DNA of 64,000 nt from an uncultured Pirellulaceae bacterium (GTDB lineage Bacteria > Planctomycetota > Planctomycetia > Pirellulales > Pirellulaceae). The notes below the pieces were generated by a model that was given only the letters and a program-made list of their open reading frames with translations, was not told where the DNA came from and searched no databases. Below are positions 9,442-18,451 of this stretch, piece after piece. The DNA lies in assembly GCA_964468915.1 (NCBI GenBank), contig CAYXWX010000001.1, positions 10,055 to 74,054 of the forward strand. The letters run 5' to 3'. Made by a program: the position numbers and the translations under genes. Each line of letters opens with the position of its first letter. The first letter of the stretch is position 1.

Positions 9442-10203
9442 TCAGTTTTCGTTCTTGTTCTTTGTGTAAGCGTCCACGATTTGAGCAACCAGAGGCGGAT
9501 CGTTAAAAGCAGCCAGAATTTTTGCGATCTGACGATCCCCCAGACTATCCAGCAGCCGGGCGGAAAACTGCAAGTCCCCCCGATTTGCAAACTCTTTCAA
9601 ATAGTTGGCTGCCTGTTCGGGATCGAGATTTTTGAACCAACTTTTTACAACATCCACGCGGCTGTCTAATTCGCTGGATTCGGCATCCGCCGGCGTTTTC
9701 CCTGTTTTCTTTTCAAGCGACGAAAGCGTATTGGTCTGGTCAACCAGTTTCTGACGTTCGACCTTCAGCTTGTCCGTGACTTCAGCCGCCTTGGCAATTT
9801 TCGATTCAATCAATTGCCCAAACGCCGTCAATTCGTCCCGTTCCCGCTTCAGATCTTCGAACAGCAGATTGATCCTTTTCTCTTCTTTGGCAAGTCGTTC
9901 TCTCGATTCGACCAACGCCCGCTCTTTCTGCATAACGGAATGAGCCAACTCTGTTACGGCTTCCACCGTGACGGGTGTTTCCGGACGCACTGCCACGGGC
10001 ATCGCCTCGACCTTTTTGGTCTTTGGCACCGGTGGCGGCACGGCTGCGGCATTGGCTTCATCCTCCGCCAGAGCTTCCGCTTCCGCGGCGGCCTGCGCTT
10101 CGGCTTCGGCCTGCATCGGCATGTAAATCAAGAACCATGACGCACCCGCGGATCCCACAAATAACAGAATTCCGACAAGGACAGCTGCCAGTAAATTTTT
10201 CAT
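9442..10203 (-). CDS. membrane-anchored coiled-coil protein with MgtE_N-like C-terminus (YlxF/MotE-like flagellar protein)
   Basis: N-terminal TM segment, Ala/Glu-rich repeat, coiled coil, and C-terminal DPEQAANYLKEFANRGDLQFSARLLDSLGDRQIAKILAAF. It sits right after fliJ, as ylxF does in Bacillus-type operons. ATGA overlap with fliJ. Confidence 0.55.
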   Translation of the reverse strand: MKNLLAAVLVGILLFVGSAGASWFLIYMPMQAEAEAQAAAEAEALAEDEANAAAVPPPVPKTKKVEAMPVAVRPETPVTVEAVTELAHSVMQKERALVESRERLAKEEKRINLLFEDLKRERDELTAFGQLIESKIAKAAEVTDKLKVERQKLVDQTNTLSSLEKKTGKTPADAESSELDSRVDVVKSWFKNLDPEQAANYLKEFANRGDLQFSARLLDSLGDRQIAKILAAFNDPPLVAQIVDAYTKNKNEN

Positions 10204-10655
10204 GTCAATGACCTGTTACTAAACTGAGTGTTCAAATATCGCTCGTCAGCGACGATTTGCTCATGCTTTCGGTGTTCGAGCCTGATTGATTCAGAAAGTC
10301 GATCAATCAACTTTTCGATCGATTCGACTTTTCCCATCAAGGATGTCAAGTTCCTGCGAACCAACTCAAGTTCCTCACTCGCAGTCTGAATCTGGAGCTG
10401 TTTCTGACGTTGTCGCTCGGCCAGACGCTGAAGTGACTGATGCGCCATCATGCGATTGGTCGGCGTCGCGTGCAAAGTCACGAAATGAATCTCCTGTTGA
10501 TCCATTTCGTAGTCCAACTGACCAGACTGTTGCTTCAGATCAGCCAGCTGCCCGCTGACTTGCTGAGACTTCTCCGCCAACACGTCCGCTTGCTTCTGGT
10601 AAAAGCCGAGCACCTTGGTCAGTTTCTGCTGTTTTCTTTGTTCTGGTGAGCTCAT
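10200..10655 (-). CDS. fliJ: flagellar export chaperone-like protein FliJ
   Basis: About 150-aa all-coiled-coil protein immediately after fliI. The ATG at 10655 overlaps the fliI stop (ATGA). The longest ORF starts at 10685. Confidence 0.6.
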   Translation of the reverse strand: MSSPEQRKQQKLTKVLGFYQKQADVLAEKSQQVSGQLADLKQQSGQLDYEMDQQEIHFVTLHATPTNRMMAHQSLQRLAERQRQKQLQIQTASEELELVRRNLTSLMGKVESIEKLIDRLSESIRLEHRKHEQIVADERYLNTQFSNRSLT

Positions 10656-12004
10656 TTCCCTGCTCCCCGGTTCGCGTTGTTCCAACGTGTTGCCAATCGA
10701 TTCATACTCTGCCGCGTTTGCTCAAACGTTGCCGGGCTGCCTAAATCCTGCTGCAGGAACTGGCAGACCTCTGGATACAGTGCCAACGCCAGGTCTGTCA
10801 GCGGCGAAACGCCGGCCTGGTAGGCACCCACCTGCACAAGATCAATCACTTCGTTGTGTTGCTTGAGAATCTGTCGAATCGCTTTGGCAGCATCGGAATG
10901 TTCGCGATCCACCAGATCCAGAAACAATCGACTTGCACTCGACAGGGAATCAATCGCTGGAAAATGCCCTGCGTTCGCGAGCATTCGGTCAAGCACAATG
11001 TGACCATCTAAAATGGAGCGAGCGGTATCGGCGACCGGGTCATTCATGTCGTCTCCCTCAACCAGAATCGTCAGAATTCCAGTAATTGAACCTCGATCTG
11101 AATTCCCAAGTTGCTCCAGCAACACCGCCATCTTTTGAAAAACCGACGGCGTGTAACCTCGGCTGGTTGGAGGCTCTCCCAGCATCAAACCCAGATCGCG
11201 TTGAGCCATTGCAAATCGCGTCAGGCTGTCGAGCATCAGCAGAACATTGTTGTCCTGACTGCGAAACCAGTTGGCAATCGTAATCGCCGATTCAGCCGCA
11301 CGGACTCGCGCGAGTGGACTTTCGTTGGCCGTTGATACGATCACAATCGATCGAGCCATCCCTTCTTCGCCCAATGATTCACGAATAAAAGGCAGCACCT
11401 CTCGTCCTCGTTCGCCAATCAGCGCCACAACATTCAGATCCGATTTTGCATTCCGAGCGATCTGGCCCAACAAGGTACTTTTCCCAACGCCGCTACCGGC
11501 AAACAGCCCCATGCGCTGCCCCTTCCCGATCGTCAACAGGCCATCGATGGCACGTTGTCCCGTCACGAACGGCTGCGTCACATTCTGTCGCTTCAACGCT
11601 GCGGGCGGTTCCGTACTGACCGTGGTAAACCGACTTGCCTGCAAGGGCCCTTTGTCGTCAATCGGTTCCCCAATCGCATTGATGACTCGACCAAGAACGC
11701 CACGTCCAACCGGAGCCTTCATCGCTCGGCCAAGCGTCACCACTTCGTCACGGCGTTGAAGAGTCCGACTGGATCCGAAAGGCATGATCTGAACCAGGTC
11801 ACCGCTGAACCCAATCACTTCGGCAAGACAATTGCCACCGTCGCGATAGCGAATCTGCACCAGTTCTCCAATACTTGCTGGCAGCGAGACCGTGATCGCT
11901 CCCTGGACACTGTGCAGCTGCCCAACCGCTCGGAACGGATCGCTATAGCTGACTGCTTCCTCCAGTCTGGTATCGTCGGGAATCGTTTGCGCCAGATTAA
12001 TCAT
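10652..12004 (-). CDS. fliI: flagellum-specific ATPase FliI
   Basis: Walker A GLFAGSGVGKSTLLG, Walker B LLMLDSLTRFA, and overall F1/T3SS ATPase pattern. Confidence 0.95.
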   Translation of the reverse strand: MINLAQTIPDDTRLEEAVSYSDPFRAVGQLHSVQGAITVSLPASIGELVQIRYRDGGNCLAEVIGFSGDLVQIMPFGSSRTLQRRDEVVTLGRAMKAPVGRGVLGRVINAIGEPIDDKGPLQASRFTTVSTEPPAALKRQNVTQPFVTGQRAIDGLLTIGKGQRMGLFAGSGVGKSTLLGQIARNAKSDLNVVALIGERGREVLPFIRESLGEEGMARSIVIVSTANESPLARVRAAESAITIANWFRSQDNNVLLMLDSLTRFAMAQRDLGLMLGEPPTSRGYTPSVFQKMAVLLEQLGNSDRGSITGILTILVEGDDMNDPVADTARSILDGHIVLDRMLANAGHFPAIDSLSSASRLFLDLVDREHSDAAKAIRQILKQHNEVIDLVQVGAYQAGVSPLTDLALALYPEVCQFLQQDLGSPATFEQTRQSMNRLATRWNNANRGAGK

Positions 12005-12620
12005 TCTGCAGTGCCTCCATCAACCGATACTCGATATCCGGCAGCTGCTCCTCAATCCTCGAAACCAGATCGTGCCCTTCGTAGATCGCGCGACATTCTC
12101 CTTTGGCAACAGAGGCGTCAGGAACCAATTCAATTTTCTCGGCGAAGGCACCATGCGATTCGAGACACGATTCGATCATCGAGCAATCGTCGGGTTGGGC
12201 GGCAATCTTCAATGGCAGTTCAGGGCGATTGACCAGATCACCAATCAGTTTTTCCATGCGAGCTGCCTGAAACGACTCTGAACTTCCTGCCAACTGCTTC
12301 ACCATGATGCTGGCGAAACGCAACGCCAGTGACTGCCACTGGCCAATCGCCTGGCCCTGTCGATCACGAGTCTCAGCAACAACCGTCGCAATCTCCTCAA
12401 GCAGTTCATCTCGCCGAGCATTCGAATCCTGCGAAGGATCCTCTGGCCGTTCGATACCGGCAGCCTCTGCCGCCTGAACATCTTCGACAACTGCATCCGC
12501 CGTGGCCACTGCGGTAGCGTCCGGCAGTTCCTTGCCCTCGGACAAAACATCCGCGTTGGTTGAGTCAACGATGGTTGCACCGACAAGCGGACGATCGAAT
12601 TTTACGGTGTGAACAATCAT
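11997..12620 (-). CDS. fliH: flagellar assembly protein FliH
   Basis: 207 aa, between fliG and fliI. C-terminus VPDASVAKGECRAIYEGHDLVSRIEEQL is typical of FliH. Overlaps the fliI start. Confidence 0.7.
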   Translation of the reverse strand: MIVHTVKFDRPLVGATIVDSTNADVLSEGKELPDATAVATADAVVEDVQAAEAAGIERPEDPSQDSNARRDELLEEIATVVAETRDRQGQAIGQWQSLALRFASIMVKQLAGSSESFQAARMEKLIGDLVNRPELPLKIAAQPDDCSMIESCLESHGAFAEKIELVPDASVAKGECRAIYEGHDLVSRIEEQLPDIEYRLMEALQND

Positions 12621-12622
12621 GG

Positions 12623-13627
12623 TCAGTTGAGCGTGATCTCTCCCGCTTCGTCCAGTCGTCCGATCGCTTCCACAAGTGTCTGTCGAGCTGCGTCAACTTC
12701 GTCATCGGTCACGCCGGTCTTGTATTGCATCTCCTCTTCGATGGTTTCCTTGGCGCGTTTGGAAAGGTTGCCAAGAATTCGATCGAGCAGTTCCTTTTCG
12801 GCTCGCTGCAAGCCCACAATCAAGTTGTCCGTCTCCACCTCACCCAGCAGTTTCTGAACATCCCGGTCATCCAGACGAAGGATGTCATCGAACACGTACA
12901 GCTTCGAACGGACGGCATTTACCAACTCTTCGTTTTCCTCAGTCAGGCGTTCGATCATCTCTTTACGCATTTCCTTGGGCAGTGAACGCATCAGCTGAGC
13001 CAGGCTATCGGCCTGATCGACTTCGTTTTTCTTTGTCAGAACTGAGTTGCCTCGCTCAAACGTCGATTCAAGAACTTGCTGGACGATACGATCGGGCACC
13101 GTGGAAGGCTGGCTGAGAAACACAACACAATCAGTTCGTGTGCTTTCTGGCAGGTCTTCAATCACCGCCGCAGCAAGTGACGTGTTCAAGTAACGCAGCA
13201 CCATGGCAACGGTTTTGGGATGATCCATCTCCAGCGCCACCGCGATCTGATAGGGATTCAACTTGTTCAAATCCGCGACCGGATCATCGCTGGCTTTCAA
13301 CACGGGAAACGTTTCGATCTCTGCATCACCCGCGCTCGCTGCTGCGGGAACCGGTTTTTTCTTCTTCTTGCCCGCGGCGGCGCCCTCCGTCGCTTCCTCC
13401 AACTGTGGTGCCAATGTTTCCAGTGCGAATGAAAAGAACTTGTTGAAATCGTTCACCACAAACTCGACTTCTTCAGCACTGGGCGGATCCATTTTGTACT
13501 CCGCCAGAAGCTGCTTCACGAAATTGGCCTGAGTCGGATTCATCGTTGTCATCGCGGCATCGGTCGCTTCATCGCCAAGCACATTCAGCAACAACGCCAA
13601 TCGTTCTTCAGTTGAAAATGTGAGCAT
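12623..13627 (-). CDS. fliG: flagellar motor switch protein FliG
   Basis: 334 aa. FliG C-terminal torque-helix region (LRLDDRDVQKLLGEVETDNLIVGLQRAEKELLDRILGNLSKRAKETIEEEM). Confidence 0.92.
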   Translation of the reverse strand: MLTFSTEERLALLLNVLGDEATDAAMTTMNPTQANFVKQLLAEYKMDPPSAEEVEFVVNDFNKFFSFALETLAPQLEEATEGAAAGKKKKKPVPAAASAGDAEIETFPVLKASDDPVADLNKLNPYQIAVALEMDHPKTVAMVLRYLNTSLAAAVIEDLPESTRTDCVVFLSQPSTVPDRIVQQVLESTFERGNSVLTKKNEVDQADSLAQLMRSLPKEMRKEMIERLTEENEELVNAVRSKLYVFDDILRLDDRDVQKLLGEVETDNLIVGLQRAEKELLDRILGNLSKRAKETIEEEMQYKTGVTDDEVDAARQTLVEAIGRLDEAGEITLN

Positions 13628-13700
13628 TGGATTTCAGTTTCGCTTTTATCAATGACTTCAACACGACGTTGAATCACATAGAATTATTTTCACCACGTTG

Positions 13701-15203
13701 TCAGGCGGCTTTTGATTTTTGTTGGTCATCGGTGTCGCCGGCTTGGCTGGACCACGATGCGATGATCCTGGAGAACACCTCCGGGTTCTGTTTTACCAGC
13801 TCGCTAAGCTGATCTGTCTGATCCGATTTTGCAACGATTTCCTGCCCAGTTGAAGGATCTGGCTGGATCTTCTGGAGAACCTTCATCGCAATGATCAAAG
13901 TGACGATCGCTGCGATTCCCAGCGAAAGATTTTTCAGAACCGAATTGATCTGCTCCCACGGAAGAGGCGCAGCCACCGGGTCGGCCAACGGGAGCGGATC
14001 CACAAACTCAAAGAACTCGACCGTGATCTGGTCGCGCCCTTCTTTTAATCCCACGGCCTGCCGAATCAAAGCCTCGACCTGATTCTTCATCTGAGCCGGA
14101 ATCACCTGAGCCTCGTCCTCCACCGATTTCGAATTCACAAGCACTGAGACCGTCATCATGTTCAGGACAGGCGTATTGACTGACTCCGTACGCTGAGTTT
14201 TTGAAACTTCATATTTACTGGTCAAATCCTCTGTCTTGGAAAGCACCGTTTTCCTACCGCCACCCGCAGCGGCGCCTCCGACGTTTGATGCAACACCCGC
14301 AGTTCCGGCCGCCGTTGCATCCTGGCCGGTTGAAGTTGTGCTTTTGATCGTTTCGTCAATAACAACCTTTTTTTCCGGATCGAACTCAGTCGTGGTGGTC
14401 GTGCCTTCGGGGAAAGTAAAATCAGTGGTGACCGCAACCGATGCGTTTCCAAATCCGAGAAATCGAGTCAGAATCCGTTCAGCTTTCTGAGACAGCTCGC
14501 GTTCGCGAGTCATCCGATACTCTTCCTGCTTGCTCAACCGCCCGAGCGATGCATCCGTCGCGTACTCATTACCGGCGGAGTCGGTGATCGAAACTTTCTG
14601 AGTTGACAGTCCTGCGACAGCATTGGCGACCAGCGAAGCAATCGCCGACGCTTGCGATTCGCCAAACTGACTGCCCGCTGCGATCTCAATCATCACGGCG
14701 GCCGATGGCTCATTGCTTTGGCGGATGAACGCCTGCTTTTCTGGAATGCTCAGGTGAACGTCGGCCGAATCGATCGACTTGAATCGCGCGATCGAGTCTT
14801 CCAGCTGCCGCTCAAGATTGCGGCGAAAAATGTTCTGCTGGTTCAGAGGATCCATCCAGGGCGTCACGTCTTCCAACTCCGATGAGCCGTCACCAACGCC
14901 CAGCTTCCCCGCGACGATCTGAGCCCGGGACCATTTCCGGTTATCCACCAGGATGATCGACCCGGATCCTTTCACTTGATAGGCAATATCGGCCGCGTCA
15001 AGCGAATCAATCAGCTTGGCGGCCTTTTCAGGAGCCAGATCACCGGCCAACACAACGTAGTGCGGCTGGTATGACCAGATTCCCACACCGGCAATCGCTC
15101 CGACGCATATCGCCAGCAACAGAGCAATCCCAAACCGCGCGGCCGCTGTGGAATCCTTCCATATCAGCAGCGACTGATCCAGAAATGATTTCAGGGTTTG
15201 CAT
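13701..15203 (-). CDS. fliF: flagellar MS-ring protein FliF
   Basis: 500 aa. N-terminal TM then YVVLAGDLAPEKAAKLIDSLDAADIAYQVKGSGSIILV. C-terminal TM and cytoplasmic tail. Confidence 0.9.
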   Translation of the reverse strand: MQTLKSFLDQSLLIWKDSTAAARFGIALLLAICVGAIAGVGIWSYQPHYVVLAGDLAPEKAAKLIDSLDAADIAYQVKGSGSIILVDNRKWSRAQIVAGKLGVGDGSSELEDVTPWMDPLNQQNIFRRNLERQLEDSIARFKSIDSADVHLSIPEKQAFIRQSNEPSAAVMIEIAAGSQFGESQASAIASLVANAVAGLSTQKVSITDSAGNEYATDASLGRLSKQEEYRMTRERELSQKAERILTRFLGFGNASVAVTTDFTFPEGTTTTTEFDPEKKVVIDETIKSTTSTGQDATAAGTAGVASNVGGAAAGGGRKTVLSKTEDLTSKYEVSKTQRTESVNTPVLNMMTVSVLVNSKSVEDEAQVIPAQMKNQVEALIRQAVGLKEGRDQITVEFFEFVDPLPLADPVAAPLPWEQINSVLKNLSLGIAAIVTLIIAMKVLQKIQPDPSTGQEIVAKSDQTDQLSELVKQNPEVFSRIIASWSSQAGDTDDQQKSKAA

Positions 15204-15273
15204 GGCTTGATACGATCAGGAACGACAAGAATTGATTGAACAGAACAGGAGATAAATACGGTGGCTGAAAAAG

Positions 15274-15585
15274 TCAGAATTGCATTCGCATCAAATCGTT
15301 GTACGAATCAATCAGCTTGTTGCGAATTTCCATGAACAATTGAAAGGACATCTCTGCGTTGGCAACTGCCATGACCACTTGCTGCACGTTGTCAGTTTTG
15401 CCGGTAACCAGATCGTTGATCGCCTGATCGGAGCTGACCTGAGCTCGATTGGTTTCTTCAATGAAACCGGTCACCAGTTTCGAAAAATCGTTTCCACCGT
15501 TCGCTTTGCTCACACCGTCAGAAGATGATCCCGCGTTTTGAGCAGCGATAGAAGAAACGGTCGAACTGGCAGCCACTGGATTCAT
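15274..15585 (-). CDS. fliE: flagellar hook-basal body protein FliE
   Basis: 103 aa. C-terminus VVMAVANAEMSFQLFMEIRNKLIDSYNDLMRMQF. Follows flgC. Confidence 0.85.
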   Translation of the reverse strand: MNPVAASSTVSSIAAQNAGSSSDGVSKANGGNDFSKLVTGFIEETNRAQVSSDQAINDLVTGKTDNVQQVVMAVANAEMSFQLFMEIRNKLIDSYNDLMRMQF

Positions 15586-16016
15586 TATGAACCTCTCAAC
15601 AGAGACAGTGTTTGTTCAACCATTTCCTTGAACGACGTCAGCGCTTTCAGGTTGGCCTCGTAAGATCGACTGGCTGTGATCAAGTCAACCATCTCATTCG
15701 GCAAACGGACGTTAGGCATGCGGACGATCCCGTTCTCATCAGCATCAGGATGCCCGGGCGAGTACACCTCGGGAAAAGGAGTTTCGTCAGATTGCTGCGA
15801 AACGACTTCCACTCCCTTCAAACCGGTGGTTGTCGATGCGTTGGCGGTATCCACCAATGAGGAAAACACCAATTGCTTGCGACGATAGGGTCCGCCATCA
15901 GCGGATCGCGTTGAATTTGCGTTGGCAATATTGTTGGCCACCGTTTCCATACGCAAACGCTCGGCCGACATCCCCGACGCACTGATGTCTGCGGTAGAAA
16001 ATAGTTTGGACAACAT
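15585..16016 (-). CDS. flgC: flagellar basal-body rod protein FlgC
   Basis: ISASGMSAERLRMETVANNIANANSTR and C-terminal SRSYEANLKALTSFKEM. Confidence 0.92.
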   Translation of the reverse strand: MLSKLFSTADISASGMSAERLRMETVANNIANANSTRSADGGPYRRKQLVFSSLVDTANASTTTGLKGVEVVSQQSDETPFPEVYSPGHPDADENGIVRMPNVRLPNEMVDLITASRSYEANLKALTSFKEMVEQTLSLLRGS

Positions 16017-16059
16017 TTCAGTTCCTCGCTGCCAGTTGCTGGCTGCCTGACTTTCGGGT

Positions 16060-16416
16060 CTAACCGGAAATAGATCTCTGGATAATGCTCATCTTGGAAC
16101 CCAGCAGCTGAGTCAGCGTCTGGTAGGCCAGCGCGTTTTTCTTCATCATCGCCATCTCACGATCCAGATCGACGTTGTTTCCATCAACACGCTCAGCCAG
16201 CCCCGGCGTTTCTTTCAGCTGAAAACTGGAAACATCGATGGTGCCGGACGAATCAGGATTGTCCAGCTGATTCAGCAATTGTTCGAACGGTAACTCTTTC
16301 GTTTTGTAATTAGGCGTATTCACATTCGCCAGGTTTTGCCCGGTCGCGCGATGGCTTTCGTGGGCGAACTGAATCGCCGCACCAAGGGCGTGAAAATGTT
16401 GAGATATATCGGTCAT
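16060..16416 (-). CDS. flgB: flagellar basal-body rod protein FlgB
   Basis: 118 aa. HRATGQNLANVNTPNYKTKEL and C-terminal NALAYQTLTQLLGSKMSI. First gene of the minus-strand block. Confidence 0.9.
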   Translation of the reverse strand: MTDISQHFHALGAAIQFAHESHRATGQNLANVNTPNYKTKELPFEQLLNQLDNPDSSGTIDVSSFQLKETPGLAERVDGNNVDLDREMAMMKKNALAYQTLTQLLGSKMSIIQRSISG

Positions 16417-16836
16417 ACAATCTGATTCGGTTGGGTTGGGTTTTCCGCTTCAGATAATGACTGAATTCCGCGGACCACCGCACGAATGGTCTTTTTGATT
16501 GACGGCATCCGTTGAGGGATCCAGTGCGCGTTTCGATTCAGCAAGATTGCACTCTTTCCGCGAGCAACGCCAACGCGGGACACCGCCATCAAGCCATCAG
16601 GCGTTCGATCGACTTGAAAATTTCTGAACCTGAAAACGCCTCGAAACGGAAACTTTCTCGATCGCCGGCTGCTACGGCAGGCATTTCAGTCACGACGACT
16701 CCGTCCCCGACATACGGCAAATGTCCAGAGTATTCGGATCAGAAAGCAGACTGTCGCATTACGTAAACTACCGTTCTGGTGAGCTGGCACTTTTCCGAAC
16801 CTTTCTTTTCTTTTACGGATCTATACAGGCAGAATC

Positions 16837-17616
16837 ATGGACATCGCAACAGTCATTGGACTGCTGGCGGGCTTTGGCCTGATCTTTACATCAATCGCGA
16901 TGGGCGGCGGCGGTGGCCTCGGCGCGTTTATCGATATCCCTTCGGCGATGATTACCGTTGGTGGATCGATCGCCGCGTTGTTCATCAACTTCCCGATGAA
17001 TGTCTGCTTCAGCTCGCTTTCTGTAATCAAGAAGTGCTTTCTGACCAAGGTTCCCGAATCCAAAGCGGTGATCGCTCAATTCAAAGAATTGGCCGTCGTC
17101 GTTCGCAAAGACGGAATGCTCGCACTTGAAAAAGAGCTGGAAAACATTGACGACGACTTCATGAAACGAGGGCTCGAAATCGTCATCAGCGGCGCTGAGG
17201 AAAACCAGATTCGAAATGTCCTGGAAACGGAACTTGCCGCCATCGAAGCTCGTCACATGATCGGAAAGAAAATCGTCGAATCGACCGGCGCGGCGGCACC
17301 TGCGTTCGGAATGATTGGCACGCTGGTCGGACTGGTTCAAATGTTGCAGTCTCTTGATGATCCAAGCAAAATCGGTGGAGGTATGGCGACCGCTCTGTTG
17401 ACCACCCTGTACGGAGCGATCATTGCGAATGTGGCGTGTATTCCTCTGGCGGGAAAGCTTGAAACGCGTTCTCAAGAAGAGGTCGCTTCGCGAGAACTGA
17501 TGATTTCCGGAATCTGTGCGTTGGCACAAGGGCTTGCACCACGAGCCGTCGAAGACAACCTGGTGGCGTATCTGTCGCCTAAATCTCGCAAGAGCGTTCA
17601 GGAGGCAACAGGCTAG
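16837..17616 (+). CDS. motA: flagellar stator protein MotA
   Basis: 259 aa, four TM segments. C-terminal channel region GMIGTLVGLVQMLQSL...ALLTTLYGAIIANVACIPLAGKL. Confidence 0.9.
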   Translation: MDIATVIGLLAGFGLIFTSIAMGGGGGLGAFIDIPSAMITVGGSIAALFINFPMNVCFSSLSVIKKCFLTKVPESKAVIAQFKELAVVVRKDGMLALEKELENIDDDFMKRGLEIVISGAEENQIRNVLETELAAIEARHMIGKKIVESTGAAAPAFGMIGTLVGLVQMLQSLDDPSKIGGGMATALLTTLYGAIIANVACIPLAGKLETRSQEEVASRELMISGICALAQGLAPRAVEDNLVAYLSPKSRKSVQEATG

Positions 17617-17702
17617 TGGTCCAGCAGACCTGAATTGACCGATCGTGGAGGTGCTTTCCGCCAAATCCGCTGGCGGTTAAGCAAGACTCAAACTGGTCAA
17701 TT
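17617..17702 (+). repeat. conserved flagellar intergenic element type 1, copy A (motA-motB1 spacer)
   Basis: An ungapped alignment of 17617-17698 with 35100-35181 gives 64/82 identical positions (hand count). Predicted helices are 17618-21/17627-30, 17633-40/17695-702 and 17658-63/17671-76. Confidence 0.85.
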
Positions 17703-17712
17703 CAAACTTCAC

Positions 17713-17733
17713 GGACCACTCGTGCTTTGTACC
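17713..17733 (+). repeat. 21-nt box GGACCACTCGTGCTTTGTACC (forward copy)
   Basis: 20/21 identical to the reverse complement of 35085-35105. Its first 8 nt are complementary to 17615-17622, which includes 2 nt of the motA TAG stop. Confidence 0.85.
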
Positions 17734-17767
17734 TTCAAAATCACGCTGACTGACTGAGGCAACCACC

Positions 17768-18451
17768 ATGGCGCGAGAGAAAATTCCACCACCACCGGGA
17801 GACGATATCCCCGCGTGGTTCATGACCTACAGTGACGTGATCACGCTGTTGATGACGTTCTTTATTCTGCTGCTGACCTTTGCCACGACAGAACCGGAAC
17901 GATTCGAAAAAACCCTGACCAGTACGTTCTCGAAAGGTGCTGCTACGGGAACCGTTGGTAAAAAACTGGAATCGCTGGACAACGACGCATGGGTCAGTCG
18001 AATCCGACCTCCTGCATCTCGCATCGCCATGCGTGGAGCCGAGATGCCGCCGATCATGGAACGACCAGCCAGCCAGTCTTTTGGCGAAGGTTTGCGATCA
18101 CTTGACGATGAGGAATCAAAACAGAACGAAATGACATCGCACTCGTTTGACGTGCCTTTCGCTCAACTTTTTAACAGTGGCGGAGAACTTACGGCAAACG
18201 GAAAACTGGTCTGTCAGATGTTGGCTGGCCAACTTCGCGAACTCCCGTTTCAGGCGGCAATTCAGTTTGCTCAGCCGCAGCAATCGACCCAACTGGTGAA
18301 AATGACTCAGTTTCTGTTTGACACCCAACAGACTCGGCCGGGGCAAGTTTCACTGAACCTGATCGTTCCCAATCAGAAGAAACCATTGGACATCAAGAAC
18401 GTCCGTATCACGATCAAGCGCTTCCTTGAAAACGCGGAGTCAACTCGATGA
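17768..18451 (+). CDS. motB: MotB-like stator subunit, paralog 1
   Basis: N-terminal plug/TM with the conserved Asp (PAWFMTYSDVITLLMTFFILLL). The C-domain is OmpA-like in layout, but I cannot find the canonical GHTD...NxxLSxxRA...NRRV residues. Confidence 0.7.
   Translation: MAREKIPPPPGDDIPAWFMTYSDVITLLMTFFILLLTFATTEPERFEKTLTSTFSKGAATGTVGKKLESLDNDAWVSRIRPPASRIAMRGAEMPPIMERPASQSFGEGLRSLDDEESKQNEMTSHSFDVPFAQLFNSGGELTANGKLVCQMLAGQLRELPFQAAIQFAQPQQSTQLVKMTQFLFDTQQTRPGQVSLNLIVPNQKKPLDIKNVRITIKRFLENAESTR

Noticed and set aside
16417-16836. Search for sigma-54 (TGGCAC-N5-TTGC) and sigma-28 (TAAA-N15-GCCGATAA) promoters in the flgB/motA divergent region. TGGCAC is present at 16785-16790.
   Set aside because: - The -12 position reads CGAA, not TTGC.
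- No sigma-28-like -10 was found.
- No promoter can be supported from sequence alone.
16891-17664. Minus-strand ORF whose N-terminus (MAESTSTIGQFRSAGPLA) resembles that of the minus-strand ORF 34953-35147 (MADSFSTIDPFRSTGPLV). This raised the possibility of a conserved small protein.
   Set aside because: - The similarity is what the nucleotide conservation of the type-1 intergenic element produces in any frame.
- Both ORFs start at TTG.
- One continues as a 257-aa antisense read-through of motA.
- Only 2 of about 8 codon differences are synonymous.
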